From contig VXSB01000008.1 of assembly GCA_009838175.1 (NCBI GenBank), positions 32,305-96,304 on the forward strand: 64,000 nucleotides of DNA. The letters run 5' to 3'. Below are positions 43,900 to 51,739 of the stretch, piece by piece; position 1 is the first letter of the stretch, and every line of letters starts with the position of its first letter. Origin of the DNA: Chloroflexota bacterium (GTDB lineage Bacteria; Chloroflexota; Dehalococcoidia; Lucifugimonadales; Lucifugimonadaceae). The notes beneath the pieces are model-generated. The model searched no databases, was not told the DNA's origin, and saw only the letters and a list, made by a program, of their open reading frames with translations. Position numbers and translations under genes: made by a program.

Positions 43900-44843
43900 G
43901 CTGTTGAGGCGACCGCCGCTTGAGGCAACAGGTCGCGGGCACCATCTGCGACTATCCGTTTGGCAACTCGCTGACCAAGTTCAACTGCTTCAGGTGCCGG
44001 TGCGGATTCTCGGTGGCGTATCAAATTTACACCGGAAGGATCAGAAACGACTACGGCGAGGGTGATTATGTTGTCATCGATTCGGGCATGTGCACCGATT
44101 GGGGCACTACAACCCCCGCCGATGTCAGCCATGAATGCACGTTCGGCATCTACGCACAAACGTGTGCCTGCATGCTCAATGGCTGAGCAGAAGGCAATCG
44201 AACGCGAATCATCGCTGCGAGTTTGAAGGGCGAGTGCCCCTTGACCCGGTGCCGCGACGAACCACATGCAACTGAGGTACTCAGACACGCGATCGGCCAT
44301 TTTGATGCGTTTCAATCCTGCGGCGGCCAGCACTAATGCATCGATAACGGAATCCTCGTCGTCAAGCATCGCCAGTCTGGTAGTGACATTGCCTCGGATC
44401 GGCTTCAGAATGAGGTCGCCACGCTCTGCGTTGACCAATGCTCTCCGACGCGCACTGCCGGTTGCGATAATGGCACCAGGCCGAAGATCATGCAACCCGC
44501 TACCGTTCCTGCTAACGACAACGTCGCGCGGGTCCTCGCGGTAGGGAACACCTGCGATCGTCAAGCCTTCAGGCATCGCTGATGGAAGATCCTTGAGGCT
44601 GTGCACCGCAACGTCGATTTCGCCGCGTAGGAGCGCGGTTTCTATCTCTTTGACGAAGACGCCTACACCGATCTCAGAAACTGGTGCGTCTTGCTTGATA
44701 TCCCCGCTGGTCTTGATCGAAACTCGTTCGATTTTGATGTTCTCAAACCGGCTTTGCAACGCGCCCGCGACTTCGTTGGCCTGAGCAATCGCTAGTTTGC
44801 TGTCGCGGCAACCAAGGACTAACTTTCCACCCAAATCCGTCAT
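43896..44843 (-). CDS. hemC: Hydroxymethylbilane synthase (porphobilinogen deaminase)
   Basis: 315 aa. Contains LVLGCRDSKLAIAQ, AVHSLKDLP, RGNVTTRL, and GGCSAPIG (the cofactor Cys). Confidence 0.9.
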   Translation of the reverse strand: MTDLGGKLVLGCRDSKLAIAQANEVAGALQSRFENIKIERVSIKTSGDIKQDAPVSEIGVGVFVKEIETALLRGEIDVAVHSLKDLPSAMPEGLTIAGVPYREDPRDVVVSRNGSGLHDLRPGAIIATGSARRRALVNAERGDLILKPIRGNVTTRLAMLDDEDSVIDALVLAAAGLKRIKMADRVSEYLSCMWFVAAPGQGALALQTRSDDSRSIAFCSAIEHAGTRLCVDAERAFMADIGGGCSAPIGAHARIDDNIITLAVVVSDPSGVNLIRHRESAPAPEAVELGQRVAKRIVADGARDLLPQAAVASTA

Positions 44844-44854
44844 GTCTAGGCATT

Positions 44855-45526
44855 TTATGCCCGATTGTTTGCTTCGGCGCGATCTTCCAAAGCTTCGACC
44901 AACATATCCCTTGCGGCATCTGGTTCTCCGTTTTGGAAAGCACGAAGCATGTCATCAGTGATCGATTGCGCCCAATCTTCCGGGGTAACCGGCAACTCAC
45001 GCGAACGAACATCTTTTCTGACATCTGCCAACATGGGTCCCATGTCCGCCCACTGCAGGCAACGGCAGTAGTCGTGATCAGAAATTCGCTCCCGGAGACG
45101 GCGCGCTAAAGCCGGGCTGGTACCCGCGGTCGAAACCGCGACAGTGACATCTTGCCGCTGGATCAACGCCGGTGCGATGAAGGTGCAGAGTGGTGTCACA
45201 TCCATTACGTTGAGCAAGATGTTTCGTTCAGCGGCTTCAACTGAGATAGCGTGGTTAACGTTCGCATCAGATGTATCGGCGACGATGACAATCCAAGCAC
45301 TGGCCAAATCGCCGCTTTTGTATCCCCGTTTGACCCAATCGATCTCACCAGCACGCGCTAAGGCTTTCAAGTCGTCGGAGGTGTCGTTTTCCGGACTGAA
45401 AAGCGTCACTTGACCGCCGCATTCGAGGAGGTACTTTACCTTGCGCTCGCCTTCATGTGGGTCTCCGCCGAAGACAAGGCAACGACGATCTTGAATGTCG
45501 ACGAAAACGCCGTAGTAACGAGGCAT
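44855..45526 (-). CDS. Precorrin-2 dehydrogenase / sirohydrochlorin ferrochelatase (SirC/CysG-N/Met8-like)
   Basis: 223 aa with a Rossmann start (VFGGDPHEGERK) and STAGTSPALARRLRE, typical of siroheme synthase N-domains. Confidence 0.75.
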   Translation of the reverse strand: MPRYYGVFVDIQDRRCLVFGGDPHEGERKVKYLLECGGQVTLFSPENDTSDDLKALARAGEIDWVKRGYKSGDLASAWIVIVADTSDANVNHAISVEAAERNILLNVMDVTPLCTFIAPALIQRQDVTVAVSTAGTSPALARRLRERISDHDYCRCLQWADMGPMLADVRKDVRSRELPVTPEDWAQSITDDMLRAFQNGEPDAARDMLVEALEDRAEANNRA

Positions 45527-45527
45527 T

Positions 45528-46604
45528 CTACGTTCCGATCAAAGCTGCTGCGCGTTCCACATCGACGTTGTCATCGACGAAGTACCGCACACGCGTCTTC
45601 TTGTATTCCCTGTGGCTGTATAGCAGTTGGTAGTCGTCCAACTCAGTTTCGGTAGCAATGTCTCTAGCGATCTCCTCGCATTCGCCGCGAGTGACGGCGT
45701 GGATCATCGTGAAATGCGAGAAACGCCAGTCGTCGTATCGCGGTCGTTCGTAACAGTGGGTAACCGCGGGGTGTTCGGCCATTTGTTGGCCAACCGCAAC
45801 CGAACGTCCCTCAGGCACGTTCCAGACCGCCATAGCGTTAGCGGAGAATCCTGCACGACGGTGGTGCAACACAGCAGCATACCGGCGCATCAGCTTCCGA
45901 TCCATCATTTCATCAGCCTTCGCGAAAAGTTCGGTTACGGTCAGGTCTAACCGGTCAGCCATGTCGTCGAATGGCCTTGGTTCGAGCGGCAAGTCTTCTT
46001 GTAGTTCACGCACGAATTCGATGTCGAACTTGGAAAGATCCGTTGCGGCCGTTGGTACAGCGGCAGGCGTAGCACCGTTTCTCGTATCGTTCCCGTACTG
46101 AGTGTCTGGGACGAAGTAGTCCGTCGCGTTCGAAACGCGATTGACCATATCGAAGTTGACACCGATCTTGAAGAACCGGATTGTTGGCAGAAGACGGGAC
46201 GTTTCCGCGCCTGACAATCGCGTCAGTTTGTGCACTTCACTCGCGATGTCCTTGCCAGGCGGTAACGCCAGTGTGAACCAGAGATTGAATTCACCGTTTC
46301 TCGCGTAGTTGTGACTGATGCCGGGGTGTGCGTTAAGAATCTGCGCGCCGCGATCGAGTGCATCTTCGGGGAATCGCATCGCGACGAGGGTCGATGTGTA
46401 CCCGAGGCGACGGGTGTCGAAAATCGCGCCGATTTGCCGGACAACGTTCTTGCGTTTCAGTTCCTTAACGCGGGCGATCACCTCGGACTCATCCGCCTCA
46501 CAACGTTCGCCGATTACGCGGAAAGGCTCCCTGACCAATGGGAAGTCGGACTGCAAGATGTTCATTATCTCGCGGTCGATGGGTTCGAATTCGTCGCGGT
46601 ACAA
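45528..46604 (-). CDS. Siroheme decarboxylase, fused AhbA/AhbB (NirD/NirL-like, Lrp/AsnC-type fold)
   Basis: 358 aa built as two repeated halves. The halves carry HPGISHNYARNGEFNLWFTL and HPAVTHCYERPRYDDWRFSHFTMIH respectively. Confidence 0.75.
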   Translation of the reverse strand: MYRDEFEPIDREIMNILQSDFPLVREPFRVIGERCEADESEVIARVKELKRKNVVRQIGAIFDTRRLGYTSTLVAMRFPEDALDRGAQILNAHPGISHNYARNGEFNLWFTLALPPGKDIASEVHKLTRLSGAETSRLLPTIRFFKIGVNFDMVNRVSNATDYFVPDTQYGNDTRNGATPAAVPTAATDLSKFDIEFVRELQEDLPLEPRPFDDMADRLDLTVTELFAKADEMMDRKLMRRYAAVLHHRRAGFSANAMAVWNVPEGRSVAVGQQMAEHPAVTHCYERPRYDDWRFSHFTMIHAVTRGECEEIARDIATETELDDYQLLYSHREYKKTRVRYFVDDNVDVERAAALIGT

Positions 46605-46660
46605 GGTGGGAGGTTAGTCAGCGATATGAGACGCACGCCCGAATCGGCGTTAGTTTCCGA

Positions 46661-48082
46661 TTATAAACCTGCGAATCTATTGGCCTCTTCATTCGAAGGC
46701 TCGCAGTGCATACCCCGAGCCCTCAACCAATCGATCACCCGTATCGCGGCTGCATTGCCGCTCTGCACAGCGCCCTCCATTGTTGCTGGCAGTCTTGTGT
46801 CGGTCCAGTCACCAGCAATGAAAAAACCAGAAATGTCCTGCATAGTGGTGGGACGCAATTCCTGTGACCCCGGTTCAACTTTTACGGTTGCTTCGAGAGT
46901 CTTGACGACAGACGAATTAACGACGCTCGTATCACGGGTCATTGGGAAAGCAGCGTTCATCGCTGCTTGGGTACGTTCCAGCACCTGCTGTTTGCTCAAT
47001 AAGACCCACTCGTCCGCGGCACTCAACGAAACTACGATGTGTTGCCGTCTCGTTGACGAAGTGTTACGCAGTGCCGAATCGTTAAAGACCCACTGCAAAC
47101 CCAGGTCCAAGAAGGCTGTTACCCGCTCATCCATCACTGTTCGTTCGTACCAAAGATGAACTGCCACGATCGGCGAATACTGGAATTTGACGAGTTGCGA
47201 TGCCAGTTTGGCGTATCGTGCATCGGATTGCGGCAAGATGCGGTTCAGCACGTTAGGCGGCAACGCGGATATGACGGTATCGGTTCTCAATTGCTGACCA
47301 TTAGATAGTCGAACCTCGAAACCGCCTCCATCGAATGACGCGAGAGCATCGACACCTGTGCGGTCGATCACTTCGGCGCCGTTTGCACGCAGATACTCGA
47401 ACGCGGGATGCCCAATAAGATACGAAAGACCCTTTTTCGGGTAGCCGATAGCGGCATCGCTGGTGCTACTTAGTAGCGCGGCTCTGGTGAATTCGATCGC
47501 GTCGTATGCCGCAACTTCGTCAATTCGGCAATTGAATACTGGGAGAATAAACATCGACCAAAAACACTCGATAGCTTCGTCAGATTGCCCGCGTGCGGAC
47601 AGCCACTTCGCGAACGTGAGGGATTTTTGAGCTTCTTCGTCTTGGGTTCCGTATCGAGCGAACTTCATACCCACCAAAACTCGCGTGACTGCCAAACGAT
47701 CCTTGACGCTCAGGTGGCCGTATCTCAATAATGCAGCTCCGTTGCCAAATATCCGACTAGCGCGGAGGCTGGATATTCGACCACCAAGTGACACGGGGAC
47801 TTCAAGAACCGAGCCCAACTCGATGTCCTGCCGGGTTCCAAGTTGCTCAAGCAGCTTCAAAAACTGGTCGCATACGCCGAGGATCACATGTTGGCCGTTG
47901 TCGATCTCTTCGCCGCTGCTTCGATCAGCAAACGAGAATGCGCGACCGCCGAGGAATGGTCGACGTTCGACTAATGTCGGCTTTATGCCGTGATCGAGCA
48001 GTTGAACCGCCGCCGCGATACCCGCAAGTCCGCCGCCGAATATGACCACATCCCGATGTTCCAAATCAACACCTGCGAACAT
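46661..48082 (-). CDS. hpnE: Hydroxysqualene dehydroxylase (FAD-dependent amine-oxidase fold)
   Basis: Contains VVIFGGGLAGIAAA (FAD dinucleotide fold) and has phytoene-desaturase-like length. It lies downstream of hpnC/hpnD. I prefer the ATG at 48082 (TAATG overlap with the hpnD stop). The track start is 48115. Confidence 0.75.
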   Translation of the reverse strand: MFAGVDLEHRDVVIFGGGLAGIAAAVQLLDHGIKPTLVERRPFLGGRAFSFADRSSGEEIDNGQHVILGVCDQFLKLLEQLGTRQDIELGSVLEVPVSLGGRISSLRASRIFGNGAALLRYGHLSVKDRLAVTRVLVGMKFARYGTQDEEAQKSLTFAKWLSARGQSDEAIECFWSMFILPVFNCRIDEVAAYDAIEFTRAALLSSTSDAAIGYPKKGLSYLIGHPAFEYLRANGAEVIDRTGVDALASFDGGGFEVRLSNGQQLRTDTVISALPPNVLNRILPQSDARYAKLASQLVKFQYSPIVAVHLWYERTVMDERVTAFLDLGLQWVFNDSALRNTSSTRRQHIVVSLSAADEWVLLSKQQVLERTQAAMNAAFPMTRDTSVVNSSVVKTLEATVKVEPGSQELRPTTMQDISGFFIAGDWTDTRLPATMEGAVQSGNAAAIRVIDWLRARGMHCEPSNEEANRFAGL

Positions 48083-48984
48083 TAACTGCTCACGGAACGC
48101 AATGCCCATCTCCATCCTACGCCAGCGGTGATGGTCAGTTTCTCCGACGCTGACAGGCTTACTCGTTGCGAGAGCACATCAGCATCACACGCTTCGATCT
48201 TTGCCAAGATTCGTGAATAGAACCCGCTCATCAGTTCCAAGCACTGCCGACCTCTGGCGACCATCGGGATCACATGTTCGCCACTCTCGTAGTACCCGCG
48301 TGCTCTGTTGAGTTGAAACCTCATCATCTCACGGAAGTTATCACTCAGAGTTTCTCCCGCGAACTCAGCCTCCGCAACTCCGAAGCGTGTCAAATCCTCT
48401 TGCGGTAGATAAACCCTTCCGTTGTTGTAGTCCTCCTGAATGTCGCGAAGGATATTCGTCAACTGGAATGCGATGCCGAGATCATTGGCGTATCGGATCG
48501 CCTCTGGCGATTGGTTTCCGAATATGCTGATGCAGATTATCCCGACCGCGCTCGCCACGCGGCGGCAGTAAACCTGCAGGTCCTCGAATGTGTTATACCG
48601 GTTTGTATCGATGTCCATCCGGCATCCATCGATAACGTCGACGAAGTACTGGGTGCCCAGATCGAATTTATCTATAGCGTGGGGAAGGGCAGTGAATATC
48701 GGATTTCTGGCATATTCACCTTCATGAGGCTCGGATAGCGCGAGTTCCACCTTGTCCAGTTCAGTAGACGGGTTTGTTCCGGCCTCGGGTTCATCCACGA
48801 TGTCATCGCAAAGTCGACAGAAGGCGTAAGTCGCGTATATGGCTCGGCGCAACTCTTTAGGTAGCGACAAGAAAGCTATGTAGAAATTTGAGCTTGCCGT
48901 GCGCGTCAATGACGCACACTCTCGGTACGCGGATTCAATCTGATTGTCGGTTGGTTGCGACATTTGATATTGCGGAGACCGCAT
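48082..48984 (-). CDS. hpnD: Presqualene diphosphate synthase (squalene/phytoene synthase family)
   Basis: Contains SSNFYIAFLSLPKELRRAIYATYAFCRLCDDIVDE and ILRDIQEDYNNGRVYLP. The start is uncertain (GTG 49017, ATG 48984 or ATG 48963). Confidence 0.75.
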   Translation of the reverse strand: MRSPQYQMSQPTDNQIESAYRECASLTRTASSNFYIAFLSLPKELRRAIYATYAFCRLCDDIVDEPEAGTNPSTELDKVELALSEPHEGEYARNPIFTALPHAIDKFDLGTQYFVDVIDGCRMDIDTNRYNTFEDLQVYCRRVASAVGIICISIFGNQSPEAIRYANDLGIAFQLTNILRDIQEDYNNGRVYLPQEDLTRFGVAEAEFAGETLSDNFREMMRFQLNRARGYYESGEHVIPMVARGRQCLELMSGFYSRILAKIEACDADVLSQRVSLSASEKLTITAGVGWRWALRSVSS

Positions 48985-48988
48985 CTGC

Positions 48989-49912
48989 TCATCGAACCGA
49001 ACGACTGATAAACGCACTCGCTGGAACTGGTGTCATGCCGATTAGGTTGCGCCCGACGATCTTTAGCATGATCCGAATCTTCGTAGATCTTGAAACCGTT
49101 GGTCGAACCGTCAACGTGTCGTAGTCCAATGCCTCGATCGCGTTTAGGACTGACAAACCTCCCGCCGTTATCGCCGAAAATTCGAGACGGAAGTCGCGTT
49201 GTAAGTGATCGTGGAGTTGGTAACCAGTGCGGAACAATTCTCGGGTGCGATCGACTTGGAATTTCATCAACTGTCGAAATCTAGACGTGGGTTCCTGGTC
49301 GCGGATCGATGCTAGCCCAACGCCGAATTCATCCATGTCGGATATGGGTATGTAGATACGCCCTTTCTCATAATCGCGAGCGACGTCTTGCCAAAAGTTG
49401 GCCAATTGCAGAGCGACGCACGTGTCGTCCGAGTAACTCGCCATCTCATCCGAGAAGTATCCGTAGAGATAAAGAACCAAGTGCCCGACCGGCGTCGCCG
49501 AGTACGTGCAGTATTCGATCAACGCGTCGAAATCGGCATATTCTTTGTCGCGTTGATCTCGACGGTTTGCTTCGATCAGGCGCAGAAACGGTTCAGGCGG
49601 TATATCGAACTCGTCAATCGTGCGTTGCAATGCTTGGAACCAGATGAGTTTTGGCGAACCGGAGTAGCAAAGAGCCAGCTCGTCTTCCCACCTATCGAGC
49701 AAATCCAGGCGATCGCCTTCTAACTCGTCTCCTAGGTCGTCAACCAACCTGCAAAATGCGTATACGGAATAGAAGTGGGGGCGCAATCGTCGTTTGATGA
49801 ATCGACTGCCAACATTGAAGTTCTCGTAGCTGTCTGCCGCCAACTGCCGACACGCTTTATACGCCGATCCCACATCCGGAACGGCTGCCGTGAGGTGTTT
49901 CGTCGCGTTCAT
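48989..49912 (-). CDS. hpnC: Hydroxysqualene synthase (squalene/phytoene synthase family)
   Basis: 307 aa. Contains YENFNVGSRFIKRRLRPHFYSVYAFCRLVDDLGDE and FWQDVARDYEKGRIYIP. Confidence 0.7.
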   Translation of the reverse strand: MNATKHLTAAVPDVGSAYKACRQLAADSYENFNVGSRFIKRRLRPHFYSVYAFCRLVDDLGDELEGDRLDLLDRWEDELALCYSGSPKLIWFQALQRTIDEFDIPPEPFLRLIEANRRDQRDKEYADFDALIEYCTYSATPVGHLVLYLYGYFSDEMASYSDDTCVALQLANFWQDVARDYEKGRIYIPISDMDEFGVGLASIRDQEPTSRFRQLMKFQVDRTRELFRTGYQLHDHLQRDFRLEFSAITAGGLSVLNAIEALDYDTLTVRPTVSRSTKIRIMLKIVGRNLIGMTPVPASAFISRSVR

Positions 49913-49947
49913 TCCAATTTCAGGTCGGCAATCAAATACGGATGTCG

Positions 49948-51000
49948 TTAGGAACTCCGTTCGACCAAGAATTCGCCCAAATCGAAGAAGTCTTTTCGGA
50001 TCCGTTCGTCAATGTCTAAGCCATCAATGATTTCCGATGCCGCGGCCCAGTGTTTTGCTGACATGGATTCACAGAATTCGTAGGTGCCGGCTTCATCCAT
50101 GATCTTGAGAACCGATTGAACGTCGCGGTCGTCAAGTTCCTCTCTGTCGTAAATCTCTCGCATCTGCGCGGCAGCCTTGCCCGTAGAGCTGTTCAAGGCG
50201 TGTATCGCCGGTAGCGACTTCTTCTTGTTCAGGATGTCTCCACAAACAGGTTTGCCAGTTTCGTCGCTACCCCACACGCCTAGAATGTCGTCCCGGATCT
50301 GGAAAAGTCGCCCAAATTCGTACCCGGCGCGCCTCAATCCGTCTGGAACCCTACCATTGGAGTTTCCGTTTGACGCGACCAAAGCTCCTAGATACAAACT
50401 CGTTTCAATCAGTGCACCAGTTTTGCGTTCAATCATCGATAGATACTCATCGACGGACACAGTGTTGCGATCTTCAAAAGCGATATCCATGTACTGTCCC
50501 TCGATCATCCGCATATAAGCTTGCGCGATCTGCTGTTGGGCCACCAATGAAACGCCTAGGCTTACGCCGATCTCACACAATGCCCGTGTCGACCGATCCG
50601 CCAGCTTCAACATCGAGTTGCCCGAAACTATCGCAGTCTCTTCACCCCATACCACCCAAAGAGTCGGTCGATGGTGACGAAATCGATCGCGATCTTCTAT
50701 GTCATCGTGAATCAGCGAAAAGTTATGGACGTACTCAAGTGCAGTTGCAACGGGCAGTACGGAACGCGTCTCGCCGCCTACAGCATCCGCCCCCAGCAGC
50801 ACCATGGCCGGTCTCAGACGTTTCCCTTGTGTAGCATCTATGTCGGCTCCGTTCTTGTCCGCCCAACCCATGTGGTACCGTTGCGTCGTTCGAATATCCG
50901 ACGCGTATCGCGCAAGCTCTGAGCGCAACGCGGTATCGATCATCGGTTGATACCGGGCGAAGAACTCGGGCACGTTCGCACGGTCTGTAACTACAGGCAT
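49948..51000 (-). CDS. Polyprenyl diphosphate synthase (farnesyl/geranylgeranyl diphosphate synthase family)
   Basis: 350 aa. The first Asp-rich motif is LIHDDIEDRD and the second is FQIRDDILG. Confidence 0.85.
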   Translation of the reverse strand: MPVVTDRANVPEFFARYQPMIDTALRSELARYASDIRTTQRYHMGWADKNGADIDATQGKRLRPAMVLLGADAVGGETRSVLPVATALEYVHNFSLIHDDIEDRDRFRHHRPTLWVVWGEETAIVSGNSMLKLADRSTRALCEIGVSLGVSLVAQQQIAQAYMRMIEGQYMDIAFEDRNTVSVDEYLSMIERKTGALIETSLYLGALVASNGNSNGRVPDGLRRAGYEFGRLFQIRDDILGVWGSDETGKPVCGDILNKKKSLPAIHALNSSTGKAAAQMREIYDREELDDRDVQSVLKIMDEAGTYEFCESMSAKHWAAASEIIDGLDIDERIRKDFFDLGEFLVERSS

Positions 51001-51072
51001 AGGGTGAATTTATTGATACGCGATATCAATGTTACGCAATCGCTCATTTGTTACGCCGCACTCAACAAACAA

Positions 51073-51100
51073 CTGCGCCCCGCATTCGAACGGGGCGCAG
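51073..51100 (-). terminator. Rho-independent terminator of hsp20
   Basis: 10-bp GC-rich stem CTGCGCCCCG/CGGGGCGCAG with an 8-nt loop. On the minus strand it is followed by TTGTTTGTTG. It lies 26 nt past the hsp20 stop. Confidence 0.7.
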
Positions 51101-51125
51101 TGCTAGCTCTAGGCTTGGATCGATG

Positions 51126-51551
51126 TTAAGCCGCGATGGGCAATCGCTTGGGTTGCGTGCCGTCGTTCTTCGGCAACTCTATCTTCAAAACGCCGTCCTT
51201 GTAGCCGGTCGTCGCGGAATCGACATCCACGCCGTCAGGAACTCGGAGCGCCCTGAAGTACTTGCCGTACCTCCGCTCTCGAACGAGATAACGACTGTTC
51301 TCCGAGGTCTCATCGCTGGAGTTGGTTGCCGCGATGCGCAATACGCCGTCGTCGACCGTAACATCGATGTCCTCAGCGCTGAAACCTGGCAGAGACGCCT
51401 CGATGGTGTAGTAGTCCGCATTTTGGATCACGTCCACGCCTAGCTTAAACGGCGCATTCGATGCGCGCCTGACAGGTGCGTAGTCGCTCCAGAGATCGAA
51501 CGGCCAACCAGCGGTGCGAGGGAAGGGGTTCCAACGGGTCAATGATGTCAT
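51126..51551 (-). CDS. Hsp20/alpha-crystallin family small heat-shock protein
   Basis: The ATG at 51551 is preceded by AAGGAG. The protein MTSLTRWNPF...YYTIEASLPGFSAEDIDVTVDDGVLRI...GKYFRALRVPDGVD...ATTGYKDGVLKIELPK contains the ACD core. The track ORF extension to 51752 crosses the promoter region. Confidence 0.88.
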   Translation of the reverse strand: MTSLTRWNPFPRTAGWPFDLWSDYAPVRRASNAPFKLGVDVIQNADYYTIEASLPGFSAEDIDVTVDDGVLRIAATNSSDETSENSRYLVRERRYGKYFRALRVPDGVDVDSATTGYKDGVLKIELPKNDGTQPKRLPIAA

Positions 51552-51600
51552 GTGTTTTCTCCTTGTGACTTGTCGTGAGGTCCATCGCTCACATATAGAA

Positions 51601-51629
51601 ATAATAAAACTTGATACGAAGAATATCAA
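51601..51629 (-). promoter_or_regulatory. Near-consensus sigma-70-type promoter of hsp20 (-35 TTGATA, 17-nt spacer, -10 TATTAT)
   Basis: Read on the minus strand as TTGATA-ttcttcgtatcaagttt-TATTAT, about 50 nt upstream of the hsp20 ATG. Confidence 0.55.
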
Positions 51630-51630
51630 G
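51610..51630. promoter_or_regulatory. HAIR-like (HspR-type) operator: CTTGATA-N7-TATCAAG
   Basis: Perfect 7-bp inverted repeat with a 7-nt spacer. The published HAIR consensus is CTTGAGT-N7-ACTCAAG. It sits between the divergent hsp20 and Clp ATPase genes and overlaps the hsp20 -35 box and spacer. Confidence 0.55.
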
Positions 51631-51739
51631 TAACGTGGTGATGATGTTACAATAATCAACACTTGGCGCCTCAAACGCGCACCTGAATTTAGCCAAATCC
51701 CGGGAGTCATAAATAGCCCAACAGCACTCAAGGAGACAG

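Noticed and set aside
46311-47159. 282-aa plus-strand ORF across the ahbAB/hpnE junction.
   Set aside because: It is antisense to two motif-supported genes and has no recognisable motif. It is a shadow ORF.
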